Source: Oscillospiraceae bacterium
GTDB taxonomy: Bacteria > Bacillota > Clostridia > Oscillospirales > Oscillospiraceae
DNA length: 64,000 bases
Assembly (NCBI GenBank): GCA_017412585.1
Contig: JAFPXK010000085.1
Location: 24,953 to 88,952, forward strand
Direction: 5' to 3'
The position numbers were made by a program, and so were the translations under genes. A model generated the notes under the pieces. That model ran no database searches. It was not told the origin of the DNA and saw only the letters and a program-made list of their open reading frames with translations. Position 1 is the first letter of the stretch; every line of letters starts with the position of its first letter. Below are positions 9,471 to 19,065 of this stretch, piece after piece.

Positions 9471-9938
9471 TTACGCCTCGGGGTAGGCGAGCTGGGCCTC
9501 CGTCCACCGGGCGATAACGCCGGCATACCAGCGGCAGCATTCCCGGCCCAGGGCCACGTCCAGATTCACGTAGTTGCCGCACTCCTGGGGGCTTTTTCCG
9601 GGCATGGGGCCGTCGTAATCCACCGCCTGGGCGAACACGCGCTGCACCAGGGCGATGGCCTGGCCGTCGGTGAGACGGGCGCTGTCAAAGAGGAAATAGA
9701 AGCCCGTTTGGCAGCCCATGGGGCCGAAGTAGATGACGGCGTCCTTCTCCGGGCTGTTGCGCAGGAAGGTGGCGATGAGATGCTCCACCGAGTGCATCTG
9801 GGCGTTGGTCAGTAAATCGCCGGTATTGGGCTTCTTGAACCGCAGGTCAAAAGTGGTGACGCTGCCGTCCCGGCGGCTGAGGTACAGCCCCGGCACGAGG
9901 ACGTCGTGATTGACGGTAAAGCTGGCAATCCGCTCCAT
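9471..9938 (-). CDS. luxS: S-ribosylhomocysteine lyase LuxS
   Basis: Track ORF 9471..10121 trimmed to ATG 9938. Motifs HSVEH, PMGCQTG, QECGNY. Starts 3 nt after the pfs stop. Confidence 0.9.
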   Translation of the reverse strand: MERIASFTVNHDVLVPGLYLSRRDGSVTTFDLRFKKPNTGDLLTNAQMHSVEHLIATFLRNSPEKDAVIYFGPMGCQTGFYFLFDSARLTDGQAIALVQRVFAQAVDYDGPMPGKSPQECGNYVNLDVALGRECCRWYAGVIARWTEAQLAYPEA

Positions 9939-9940
9939 GA

Positions 9941-10612
9941 TTACACCTCCAGATGATCCAGAAAGGCCATGACGGCCTCGTTGAGCTGTGCCATGGCGGT
10001 GGGGAAATTGAAGAAATAATCCTGCTTCACCACCAGACAGTCGGACACCGACTTGATGGCCATACACTTCACGCCGTTGCGGTAGCACACCTGGGCCACG
10101 GCGCAGCCCTCCATCTCGCACAGCAGGGGATGGAAGTTATCCCGGATAAAGTCCACCCGCTGCCCCGGCACGGCAAACCAGTCGCCGGTGGCCACCAGGC
10201 CGGTGCGGTACGGAAGGCCTGCGGCCTCCATGGCGGCCCGGGCCTTTTCCTGGTAGGCGGCGGGCAGCACCTTGCGGTTCACCGTGGCGATCAGCCCCAA
10301 AGCGTCGGGGCCGTCCACGGCGCTGGTGTCGAAGTCGTGCTGCATGAAGCCCTCCGCCAGCACCAGCGTGCCGATGGGCACGTCCTCAAAGCAGCCTGCC
10401 ACACCGGCGTTGAGAATCAGGTCGGGGTGGAAGCGGTCAATGCAGAGCTGGGCGGCCATGGCGGCGTTCACCTTGCCCACGCCGCCGCAGCAGGCGATGA
10501 GGTCATGGCGGATGTGGTAGAATTTCACCCCCGCCACCTCATCCATGGGGGCGGCGTCCCCCACCAGACTGGCGATTTCAGCGGGCATGGCGTAAAAAAG
10601 CGCAATTTTCAC
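9941..10612 (-). CDS. mtnN: 5'-methylthioadenosine/S-adenosylhomocysteine nucleosidase (PNP_UDP_1 family)
   Basis: Pfs-like pattern (GVGKVNAA, EMEG, SVSD). Operon partner of luxS. Confidence 0.75.
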   Translation of the reverse strand: MKIALFYAMPAEIASLVGDAAPMDEVAGVKFYHIRHDLIACCGGVGKVNAAMAAQLCIDRFHPDLILNAGVAGCFEDVPIGTLVLAEGFMQHDFDTSAVDGPDALGLIATVNRKVLPAAYQEKARAAMEAAGLPYRTGLVATGDWFAVPGQRVDFIRDNFHPLLCEMEGCAVAQVCYRNGVKCMAIKSVSDCLVVKQDYFFNFPTAMAQLNEAVMAFLDHLEV

Positions 10613-10732
10613 TGGATGTTCCTCCCGGTTTTCATATCAGCCACTATATTAAAATGGTGTCCTCTCAATGTCAAGTTGCAAATCGGACGTTCATCCGTTA
10701 AAATAGGAGAAAAGAGAGGGGAGGCGAGAGAC

Positions 10733-11908
10733 GTGTCCGTATGGGGCGTGGTATGTGAGTTCAATCCGTTTCACAAGGGGCATGAGGCGCTGCTGTCGGC
10801 GCTGCGCAGCCGGGGCGCGGAAACCATCGTATGCGCCATGTCCGGCAACTTCGTCCAGCGGGGCGAGCCGGCCGTCGTGTCCAAGCTGGCCCGGGCGGAG
10901 ATGGCCGTCCGGGGCGGGGCCGACCTGGTGCTGGAGCTGCCCACCCCCTGGGCCACCGACACGGCGGAGCGCTTTGCCCGGGGCGGCGTAGCGGTGCTGG
11001 CCATGGCGCTCTGCGACGCCATCGCCTTCGGCAGCGAGAGCGGCGACGGGGCGGCGCTTCAAAAGGCGGCTGCCATCACCGGAGCGGCGGATTTCCCCCG
11101 GCAGATAACGGCGCGCATGGCGGACGGCACGCCCTACGCCGCAGCCCGCCAGCAGGCGGCGGAGGCCCTGGGGGTCGCCCCGGGGCTGCTGAACCGGCCC
11201 AACGACATTTTAGCGGTGGAATACCTGAAGGCGGCGGCAGCCGAAGAAGTTGACATAACACCAATCGCCATACCCCGCCTGGGGGCGGCCCATGACGGCG
11301 AGCCGGTGGACGGTATCGCGTCAGCCTCGTTCATCAGGCGGCTTTTAATAGAAGGAAATGACAAGGCTTTTACCTTTATACCGCCATACGGGGCGGAGAT
11401 ACTGCGCCGGGAGAGGGAAAAGGGTACATTCCCGGTTGACATAACCAATGCGGAGCGAGCCGTGCTGGACCGGCTGCGGCGAATGGAGGAGGCGGATTTC
11501 GCCGCCTTTGACAGCGGGGGAGAGGGGCTGTACCGGCGGCTGCATCATGCCGCAGGCGAGGCGGTATCTTTGACCGAGCTGCTGGAATCGGTCAAGACCC
11601 GGCGCTATCCTACCGCCCGGCTGCGGCGGATGCTGCTGCGGTGCTGGCTGGACGTGGAGAGTACGCCGGATGCCGTGCCCTACCTCCGGGTGCTGGCGGC
11701 CAACGAGGCAGGACGGTGCCACCTGCGAAAGCTGCGTGATTCCGGCGCCCCGGTGCTGACCAAGGCGGCGGACGTGGCGGCCCTTGGCCCCGAGGCGGAG
11801 GCGCTGCTGCGGCAGGAGGCGCGGTGTACCGACCTGTACGCCCTGTGCTGCCCCCAGGTGCAGCGGCCCGGCGGCGAGTGGCGGCTCACCCCCTATATGG
11901 CCCTGTGA
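10733..11908 (+). CDS. tmcAL: tRNA(Met) cytidine acetate ligase (YlbM/UPF0348 family)
   Basis: GTG 10733 follows GGGGAGG. VWGVVCEFNPFHKGH...MSGNFVQRGEPAVVSKLARAEMAV matches B. subtilis YlbM. The upstream part of track ORF 9953..11908 is antisense to pfs. Confidence 0.85.
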   Translation: MSVWGVVCEFNPFHKGHEALLSALRSRGAETIVCAMSGNFVQRGEPAVVSKLARAEMAVRGGADLVLELPTPWATDTAERFARGGVAVLAMALCDAIAFGSESGDGAALQKAAAITGAADFPRQITARMADGTPYAAARQQAAEALGVAPGLLNRPNDILAVEYLKAAAAEEVDITPIAIPRLGAAHDGEPVDGIASASFIRRLLIEGNDKAFTFIPPYGAEILRREREKGTFPVDITNAERAVLDRLRRMEEADFAAFDSGGEGLYRRLHHAAGEAVSLTELLESVKTRRYPTARLRRMLLRCWLDVESTPDAVPYLRVLAANEAGRCHLRKLRDSGAPVLTKAADVAALGPEAEALLRQEARCTDLYALCCPQVQRPGGEWRLTPYMAL

Positions 11909-12009
11909 CAACCGAAAGTTGACAAATCAGCCGGGTGGGCAACCACAGGTTGCTTTACAATTTCCCCCATTTGTGCTACCATACCCCCGCATGAAAGGAG
12001 AGACGCACT

Positions 12010-12741
12010 ATGCTGAATGTATCCCATGTCACCAAGAATTACGGCAAGGTGCTGGCGGCAAACGACGTCAGCTTCACCCTGGACGACGGCAGCGTCACCG
12101 TGCTGCTGGGCCCCAACGGCGCCGGCAAGAGCACCATTATGAAGGCTATCATCGGCTTTTTGCGCTATAAGGGCGAGATCACCGTAGACGATATTCCCAA
12201 CAAATCCGTCCGGGCCCGGCGGATTCTGGGCTACATCCCGGAGTTGCCCTCCCTGTACCCCAATCTGACGGTGGCGGAGCACATGGAGTTTCTGGCCCGG
12301 GCCTACCGTCTGGAGAATTATAAGGGCCGCATTGACGCGCTGCTGGAGCGGTTCGAGCTGGCGGACAAGCGGAAAAAGTTCGGCGACGAGCTGAGCAAGG
12401 GCATGCAGCAGAAGCTGAACCTGTGCCTTGGCCTGCTGCCCCAGCCCCAGGTGCTGCTGCTGGACGAGCCCATGATCGGCCTGGACCCCCACGCCATCAA
12501 GGAGCTGAAGGCCGCCATCGAGGAGATGCGGCAGGAGGGGCGGACGCTGCTGGTCAGCACCCACATCATCGACAGCGTGGATATGCTGTGGGACCGCACC
12601 CTCATCATGCAGGGCGGCACCATCCGCGCCAACATGCAGCGCCATGAGCTGGAGGAGGACGGCCGCACCCTGGAGCAGCTCTTCTTCGACGTCACCGAGG
12701 GCGTGGAGCGCAGCCACATGACCGGGGAGGCGGCGGAATGA
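12010..12741 (+). CDS. ABC transporter ATP-binding protein
   Basis: Walker A GPNGAGKST, signature LSKGMQQK, Walker B LLLDEP. RBS AAAGGAGAG. Confidence 0.9.
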   Translation: MLNVSHVTKNYGKVLAANDVSFTLDDGSVTVLLGPNGAGKSTIMKAIIGFLRYKGEITVDDIPNKSVRARRILGYIPELPSLYPNLTVAEHMEFLARAYRLENYKGRIDALLERFELADKRKKFGDELSKGMQQKLNLCLGLLPQPQVLLLDEPMIGLDPHAIKELKAAIEEMRQEGRTLLVSTHIIDSVDMLWDRTLIMQGGTIRANMQRHELEEDGRTLEQLFFDVTEGVERSHMTGEAAE

Positions 12742-14420
12742 AGCTGTTTTTCTACTATGCCTTCCACTCCTTCGTCAATCAGCTCCGCAAAGTGCTGAAA
12801 ACCTGGGTGGCGGTGTTCCTGCTGGTGTGCATCGTCATCGGCGCCGCCATCGGCTTCGGCGCGGCCAAAATCAGCGATTTGAAGGACGCGCAGGACGCCA
12901 TTGACGCCCAGACGGAGACGGTGGAAGAGGTGGACCTGCCGCCTGAGCTGGAGGAGCTCACCGAGGAGGCGTCCATGGAGGAAACCCTGGGCATCGACCG
13001 CCATCAGCTGGTGGAGCTGGTGACCGGGGCGGTGATTCTGGCTGTGTTCGTGATGCAGATTGCCGGGGCCGACAAAAACGGCAGCAAGATATTTCTGCCC
13101 GCCGACGTGACGCTGCTGTTCGCCGCGCCCATGCGGCCCCAGTCGGTGCTTCTGTTCCGGCTGATGACCCAGCTGGGCATGGCGCTGCTGGGCAGCGTGT
13201 ATCTGCTGTTCCAGCTCCCCAACCTGACGCTGAACCTGGGTCTGTCCACGGCGGCGGCCCTGAGCATCATCCTCACCTGGTTCGCCACGATCTTCACCGC
13301 CAAGCTGACCCAGGTGCTGCTGTACCTGCTGTGCTCGTCCCATGAAAGGCTGAAGGCCAACCTGCGCCGCATCCTCATTGCCGTGCTGGCGGCGGTGCTG
13401 GCGGGCTATCTGGCCTTCTGGCAGTCCTCCGGTCTTGCCCCGGCGGCTGCGGCGGCCAAGTTGTTCTGCGCCCCCTGGACCCGCTTCATTCCCCTGTGGG
13501 GCTGGCTGAAGGGCGTGGCCATCTTTGCCGCCGAAGGCCCCCTGTGGGCGGCGGCCGCCTGCCTTGCGGCCACGGCCCTGGGCTGCGTGGGACTGATGGC
13601 GATTTCGCTGCACCTGGACGTGGACTTTTATGAGGACGCCATGTCCCAGTCGGAGGAAACGGCAGAGCGCATGGCCCGCCTCCAGGCCGAGCAGCCCTCC
13701 CGGGTGATGCTGCGGCGGAAAAAGGATCGCAGCGACCGGCTGCGCCGGGACGGCCTCAATCACGGCCGGGGCGCCAGCGTGTTCTTCTTCAAGACCATGT
13801 ATAACCGCTTCCGCTTCGCCCACCTGGGCTTTCTGACCAAGACCACCGAGACGTATCTGGCGGCGGCCGTCGCCGTGGCGGTATTCTGCCGTATGGTCCT
13901 GGACGTGTACAGCATCCTGCCGGTGGCGCTGGTGCTGTCGGCCTGCGCCTTCTTCCGCGCCCTGGGCGACCCGCTGCCCGAGGACGTGGAGAACGACTAC
14001 TTCCGCCTGGTGCCGGAGCAGACCGGCGCCAAGCTGTGGTACTCGCTGCTGGGCGGCGCGGCCTGCTGCGCCCTGGACGTGCTGCCGGCTATGGTGGTGG
14101 GCGGCATCGTAATGAAGGCCATGCCCTGGCAGATGCTGGCCTGGACTGCCTTCGCCGTGTCGGTGGATTTCTTCTCCTCCACGGTGGGCACCTTCATCAG
14201 CGTGTCCCTGCCCTCGTCCATGGATAAGACGATGCGGCAGGTGGTGATGATCATGTTCGTCTATTTCGGCCTGATCCCCAACGCGGGCATCATGGTGCTG
14301 GGCATCGTGCTGCATCACGTCACCGCCGCCGCCATCATCGCCGCCGGGGTCAACGTGGGCCTGGGCCTCATCTTCTTCGCCCTGTCGCCCCTGTTTCTGC
14401 CGCCACAAGGTGGTAAATAA
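12738..14420 (+). CDS. putative ABC exporter permease (multi-TM, 560 aa)
   Basis: Start overlaps the ATPase stop (ATGA). At least 10 hydrophobic segments. No further family detail is supportable. Confidence 0.75.
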   Translation: MKLFFYYAFHSFVNQLRKVLKTWVAVFLLVCIVIGAAIGFGAAKISDLKDAQDAIDAQTETVEEVDLPPELEELTEEASMEETLGIDRHQLVELVTGAVILAVFVMQIAGADKNGSKIFLPADVTLLFAAPMRPQSVLLFRLMTQLGMALLGSVYLLFQLPNLTLNLGLSTAAALSIILTWFATIFTAKLTQVLLYLLCSSHERLKANLRRILIAVLAAVLAGYLAFWQSSGLAPAAAAAKLFCAPWTRFIPLWGWLKGVAIFAAEGPLWAAAACLAATALGCVGLMAISLHLDVDFYEDAMSQSEETAERMARLQAEQPSRVMLRRKKDRSDRLRRDGLNHGRGASVFFFKTMYNRFRFAHLGFLTKTTETYLAAAVAVAVFCRMVLDVYSILPVALVLSACAFFRALGDPLPEDVENDYFRLVPEQTGAKLWYSLLGGAACCALDVLPAMVVGGIVMKAMPWQMLAWTAFAVSVDFFSSTVGTFISVSLPSSMDKTMRQVVMIMFVYFGLIPNAGIMVLGIVLHHVTAAAIIAAGVNVGLGLIFFALSPLFLPPQGGK

Positions 14421-14427
14421 ATAATCA

Positions 14428-14459
14428 AAAAGGGACTGTTTCGTCAGAAACAGTCCCTT
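14428..14459. terminator. Bidirectional hairpin terminator
   Basis: 14-bp stem aaagggactgtttc / gaaacagtcccttt with loop gtca, between convergent genes. Confidence 0.7.
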
Positions 14460-14478
14460 TCCTTTTGTAAAAAGACGA

Positions 14479-14685
14479 TTACCGCCGCAGCAGTTCCAGC
14501 CGCTCCAGCGCCTCGTCGTACAGGTCCTCCAGCTCCTCGTGGCGCTCAGCCCAGTCGGCAAAGGCGTCGCTGTTCTCGTCGGCGGGCTCATTCTCGTCCA
14601 TCTCGGCCCGGCGCTCTTCCAGAAAAGCCAGATAATCCACCAGCTCCTCCGCGGTCATCTCGTCAATATCAGCGTCAAAAAACAC
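14479..14685 (-). CDS. hypothetical small acidic protein (68 aa)
   Basis: Highly acidic helical sequence (EELVDYLAFLEERRAEMDENEPADE...). GTG start with a weak AAGGGG RBS. Start and coding status are uncertain. Confidence 0.45.
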   Translation of the reverse strand: MFFDADIDEMTAEELVDYLAFLEERRAEMDENEPADENSDAFADWAERHEELEDLYDEALERLELLRR

Positions 14686-14835
14686 GGTAAAATACCCCTT
14701 TTTTCTTTATTTTGCACACAGTATACCCTATTGTACACCGCATGGCAAGTGCCTGGGCCGATAAATATGAAATAGCGCGAAGTTGCGCTGCGTCAGTTGC
14801 TTTTACCATGAAAAAATATGAGGCGTACGGGAAAA

Positions 14836-16008
14836 CTACCTGTCAAAGTCCTCCTTCATCCTCCGGAACAATTCCCCATCGGAGAAGATGCGGGCGCAGT
14901 GGTAGGCGATGATTTTCGCGCCGGTTTGCAGGGAATGGTACGCCCGCTCCGTGGTCATATAGGCGGCGAATTCCCGCTGGTGGATGGCCACGTCGTGGGG
15001 CACCGTCTCCAGGCAGGGGTGGAAGGTGGGGCACACCAGGCTTACGTTGCCGGCGTCGGTGGAGCCGAAGCGATTGGTGGGGGCGTCCAGTGAGAGCCCC
15101 AGCTCGCCGTAAATCTCCCGCAGCACGGCGGCGCCGGTGGGATTTTTCTTCAGCGGCATATAGGGCGGCTCGAAGTACTCCTTATCCCAGGTGCATTGGG
15201 TGGCGATGGCGGCGCCCCTGGCGCAGTCATCCACCCGGCGGAGAAGATCGGTCTGTGTATCGTTGCCCATGGAGCGGACGTACACCGCCGCCGAAACCTC
15301 GTCGGGCACGATGTTGGCCGCCGCGCCGCTGTTGCGGAAAATGCCGTGGATGCGGCACTCCGGCGTGATATGCTGGCGCATCATGTCCAGCGCGTGGAAG
15401 AAGAGCTGCCCCGCGTTGAAGGCGTTGCGTCCCTCCCAGGGGGCGGCAGCGGCGTGGGCGGCTTTGCCGTGGAAGTAGTACATCAGCGGCGTGATGGCCT
15501 GCACGTCCGGCTCCACCAGGTTGTAGTTATTCAGATGCACCATGATGGCCATGTCGTAGTCGTTGAACAATCCCCCGTCAGCCATGGCCACCTTGGCCCC
15601 CTCCGTCTCCTCGCCGGGGGTGCCGATAATGTGGATGTCCGCGTCCAGCTCATCCTGCAGCTCCGCCATGCTCAGCCCCGCCAGCAGGCTGATGCAGCAG
15701 CTCAGGCAGTGGCCGCAGGCGTGGCCCACGTCGGGCAGGGCGTCGTATTCCGTCAAAATGGCGATTTTCCGCCCCCGGGGCTGCCGGCCGGGCATGGCGG
15801 CGAAGAAAGCGGTGTCGATGCCGTAGAAGGGATATTCCACCGTATAGCCCTTGTCCCGCAGAAAGTCCACCACCCGCTGCGAGGTCTCATACTCCTGGCA
15901 GGACAGCTCGTGCTTATCAAAGATCCAGCCGTTCAGGGCGAACAGCGCCTCCCGTTCTCGGGCGATGACGTGGTCGATATGAGCCTTCATCTGTTCATAG
16001 GTCTGCAT
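14836..16008 (-). CDS. M20-family amidohydrolase (AbgB/M20D-like)
   Basis: 390 aa with ILTEYDALPDVGHACGHC and GTPGEETEGAKV metal-ligand motifs. Paralogous to 25993..27168. Confidence 0.8.
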   Translation of the reverse strand: MQTYEQMKAHIDHVIAREREALFALNGWIFDKHELSCQEYETSQRVVDFLRDKGYTVEYPFYGIDTAFFAAMPGRQPRGRKIAILTEYDALPDVGHACGHCLSCCISLLAGLSMAELQDELDADIHIIGTPGEETEGAKVAMADGGLFNDYDMAIMVHLNNYNLVEPDVQAITPLMYYFHGKAAHAAAAPWEGRNAFNAGQLFFHALDMMRQHITPECRIHGIFRNSGAAANIVPDEVSAAVYVRSMGNDTQTDLLRRVDDCARGAAIATQCTWDKEYFEPPYMPLKKNPTGAAVLREIYGELGLSLDAPTNRFGSTDAGNVSLVCPTFHPCLETVPHDVAIHQREFAAYMTTERAYHSLQTGAKIIAYHCARIFSDGELFRRMKEDFDR

Positions 16009-16029
16009 AAGTCTCCTCCTTCCGCCCGG

Positions 16030-16860
16030 TCAGGGCAGGTCGTACCGTTTTCCAGCGCTGGCCATGATGCAGCGCGCGCCGAACTTGGCTTTTATCTGGT
16101 AGATGGCTTCCAGGCCGGTGCAGTGGACAGGTATGATCAGCTTGGGGTCCTCCGCCGCCAGCAGGTCGATGACCCTGCTGCGCATGGCAGGTGTGGCAAA
16201 GGCCAGGTGCATCCCGGCAATCACGCCGGCCAGCGGCTCGCCGGGGAACAGCGTCCTGCAGTAGCGGACGGCGGCGGGCACACCCTTGTGGCTGCAGCCG
16301 GAGAAGAGATACACCCCCTCGCCGGTGCGGATGGCCAAAAACTGCTCGTGCCGCAGCGTGTCCGGCACCAGGGACCCGTCGGGCATGGCCAGGTAAAAGT
16401 CCTCCACCGGCTTAAACTCCGGCGCGTCCGGAATGGTGCCCGATATCACCGTATCCCCGTCCAGCCACACCGCTCCGTCCGTCAGCACCAGCCGGGAGGC
16501 CAGGGCCGCCTTTTCCTCCTCCGTCCACAGTATGCCGCAGTTGTAGTCGTCTATCACGCCGTCGGTAGTGCCGTAAATGGTGTGAAAGGCGTCCTTGTGG
16601 ATGTAGACAGGGGCATGGTCGTTGATGCGGCAGAAGGCGGGGATGCCGTTGGTGTGGTCGAAATGGGCGTGGCTCACCACGCACAGGTCCACCTCCGCCA
16701 GATCGACGCCCCTGGCCAGGGCGTTGCGGGCGAAAAGATCCGACGCCCCGGCGTCAAACAGGATCTTCCGCTCCGGCGTCTCAATCAGCATGGACAGGCC
16801 GAATTCCGCCCCGCATACGCCGATTTCCGTCTTGTTTTCAGAAAGAAAGGTCAGCTTCAT
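16030..16860 (-). CDS. MBL-fold metallo-hydrolase (COG1237-like)
   Basis: HxHxDH motif (SHAHFDH). Lies 21 nt upstream of the M20 gene on the same strand. Confidence 0.8.
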   Translation of the reverse strand: MKLTFLSENKTEIGVCGAEFGLSMLIETPERKILFDAGASDLFARNALARGVDLAEVDLCVVSHAHFDHTNGIPAFCRINDHAPVYIHKDAFHTIYGTTDGVIDDYNCGILWTEEEKAALASRLVLTDGAVWLDGDTVISGTIPDAPEFKPVEDFYLAMPDGSLVPDTLRHEQFLAIRTGEGVYLFSGCSHKGVPAAVRYCRTLFPGEPLAGVIAGMHLAFATPAMRSRVIDLLAAEDPKLIIPVHCTGLEAIYQIKAKFGARCIMASAGKRYDLP

Positions 16861-17077
16861 CGTTTCCTCCCTCCCGGCACAAAGAGCCGCTTTTATGTAC
16901 TTTTATTGTACAAAAAACCGCGGTGCATCGTCAACCGCCCTTTGGAAAGGGCGGCGCCGTAGGGGTCACAATAGCAATATAGTCAGCAAGTTGTTTCATT
17001 GCCACAGCGGGGAAACAGATGATACTATACCATTAAGAAGCTACGCGAAATATCAACGTATAAAGGAGAGATCATCC

Positions 17078-18775
17078 ATGAAGCTGGTAGTAGTTGGCGG
17101 CGTGGCCGGCGGCGCCTCTGTGGCGGCCCGTGTGCGCAGACTGGACGAGGCGGCGGAGATCCGCGTGTTCGAGCGGGGAGAGGACGTGTCCTACTCCAAC
17201 TGCTCGCTGCCCTATTATCTGGGCGGCGTGGTGCCCTCTGCCGACGACCTGGTGATGATGACGCCCCGCGCCTTCAAGGCCAGGCATAACATTGACGTGC
17301 AGGTGAATCACGAGGTCATTGCCATCGACCGCGCCGCCAAAACCGTCACCGTGAAGAACACCAAATCCGGTGAGACCTTCACCGAGAGCTACGACAAGCT
17401 GGTGCTGGCCCCCGGCGCGTCCCCCATCATGCCCGCATCCATCCAGGGCATCCGCCGGGACAACGTGTTTTCCGTCCGCAACGTGCAGGACGTGGTGCGC
17501 ATCAAGGCCTGCCTGGACGCCGGCGTGAAGGACGTGGTGGTGGTAGGCGGCGGCTTCATCGGCGTAGAGTGCGCCGAGAACCTGCGCCACGCCGGCAAGA
17601 ACGTCACCATCGTGGAGGGCCTGGGCCAGATCATGGCTCCCTTTGACTGCGACATGGTGCAGTATCTTCACAAGGAGCTCAACGACAACGGCGTTACCCT
17701 GTGCCTGAACAGCACCCTTACCGCTGTGGAGGACGGACACATTGTGGCCAAGCGGGATGACAAGACCTTTACCCTGCCGGCGGATGCGGTGATCATGGCC
17801 ATCGGCGTGGCCCCGGAGACGGGCCTGGCCCGTGACGCCGGGCTGGCAATCGGCACCACCCGGGGCATCAAGGTCAACGCCCACATGCAGACCAACGACC
17901 CGGATATCTACGCCGTTGGCGACGTGGTGGAGAGCGTCAACGCCCTCACCGGCCAGCCCGGCCGCCTGGCCCTGGCAGGCCCCGCCCAGCAGCAGGCCCG
18001 TGTGGCGGCCAACCACATCTGCGGCATCGACGACGCCTACAAGGGCTTCATCGGTTCCTCCTGCGTCCGTGTGTTCGGCCTCAACGCCGCCTCCACCGGC
18101 CTCAACGAGCGCGCCGCCAAAATGGCGGGCATTGACTTCGACTTCGTCAACGTCTATCCCGGCGATAAGGTGGGCATTATGCCCGACGCCCATTACATGG
18201 CCTTCAAGCTGCTCTACACCGTGCCGGAGGGCAAGCTCATCGGCGCCCAGGCCATCGGCAGGGGCGACGTGACCAAGCGGGTGGACGCGGTGGCGGCCAT
18301 GATCTCCCTGGGTGGCACGCTGGAGGATTTGGCGTCCTTTGAGCATTGCTACGCCCCGCTGTTCTCTACGGCCAAGGACGTGGTGAATATGGCGGCGCTG
18401 GTAGGCCTCAATGTGCTCCACGGCGCTGTGAAGCAGGTGCATTTGAGTGACATCCGCCCCCTGGTGGAGAGCGGCGCCTATATTGTGGACGTGCGGGAGG
18501 AGGGCGAGTTTGCCGCCGGCCATATCAAGGGCGCCCACAACGTGCCCTTGTCACAACTCCATCAGCGGCTGGAGGAGATTCCCCGGGACCGGCCCGTCTA
18601 TCTCCACTGCCGCACCAGCCAGCGGTCCTACTACGCCTACCGCACTCTGGTGCTGAACGGCTACGACAACGTCACCAATCTGAGCGGCTCCTTCCTGGGC
18701 CTGTGCCTGGAGGAGTACTTCAACGACGTCACCACCGGCCGGGAGCCCATTGTCACCAAGTACAATTTCCGGTAA
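17078..18775 (+). CDS. CoA-disulfide reductase / NADH oxidase family flavoprotein with C-terminal rhodanese domain
   Basis: Track ORF trimmed to ATG 17078 (RBS AAAGGAGAG). FAD fold VVVGGVAGGAS, redox Cys in SNCSLPYY, second Rossmann VVVGGGFIGVE, rhodanese active-site loop HCRTSQRS. Confidence 0.85.
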   Translation: MKLVVVGGVAGGASVAARVRRLDEAAEIRVFERGEDVSYSNCSLPYYLGGVVPSADDLVMMTPRAFKARHNIDVQVNHEVIAIDRAAKTVTVKNTKSGETFTESYDKLVLAPGASPIMPASIQGIRRDNVFSVRNVQDVVRIKACLDAGVKDVVVVGGGFIGVECAENLRHAGKNVTIVEGLGQIMAPFDCDMVQYLHKELNDNGVTLCLNSTLTAVEDGHIVAKRDDKTFTLPADAVIMAIGVAPETGLARDAGLAIGTTRGIKVNAHMQTNDPDIYAVGDVVESVNALTGQPGRLALAGPAQQQARVAANHICGIDDAYKGFIGSSCVRVFGLNAASTGLNERAAKMAGIDFDFVNVYPGDKVGIMPDAHYMAFKLLYTVPEGKLIGAQAIGRGDVTKRVDAVAAMISLGGTLEDLASFEHCYAPLFSTAKDVVNMAALVGLNVLHGAVKQVHLSDIRPLVESGAYIVDVREEGEFAAGHIKGAHNVPLSQLHQRLEEIPRDRPVYLHCRTSQRSYYAYRTLVLNGYDNVTNLSGSFLGLCLEEYFNDVTTGREPIVTKYNFR

Positions 18776-18792
18776 TTCATTCCCTCATAATC

Positions 18793-18827
18793 AAAAAATG
18801 TGCAGCCTTGCGGCTGCACATTTTTTT
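18793..18827 (+). terminator. Rho-independent terminator
   Basis: aaaaaatgtgcagcc-ttg-cggctgcacatttttt hairpin followed by a T-run. Confidence 0.75.
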
Positions 18828-18828
18828 A

Positions 18829-19021
18829 GCCTGTCAAAAAACGGCTATGCCGTTTTTTGACAATGGGATTGCAGTCTACTGCGCGCGCGAATAGTACGCC
18901 TTCGGCGCACTATTCGCACACTACGTAGCCTGAGAAGTGAAAAAAGTGACGCGCATGTCGTCACTTTTTTCGGATTTCATGGGTTCGCGCCTGCGGGCGC
19001 GAAATCTGCGATGCTTTTTTG
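18829..19021 (+). repeat. 193-bp modular four-hairpin repeat, copy A
   Basis: Reverse complement of 36883..37131 apart from about a dozen substitutions and a 56-nt insertion in copy B. Modules: GTCAAAAAACGGC hairpin, GCGAATAGT.CGCC hairpin, GAAAAAAGTGACG hairpin, TTCGCGCC hairpin. Confidence 0.9.
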
Positions 19022-19065
19022 CTATATTTGGTTCGAATCGCAGGGGAGCGCCGCGTATGCCGTCC

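Noticed and set aside
9953-10732. N-terminal 260 codons of track ORF 9953..11908
   Set aside because: It is antisense to pfs/mtnN. The YlbM homology begins at GTG 10733, which follows an RBS.
12318-14591. 757-aa minus-strand ORF
   Set aside because: It is antisense to the well-supported ABC ATPase and permease genes. Composition is low-complexity and rich in H, G, Q, R and A, with no motifs. This is a typical GC-rich shadow ORF.
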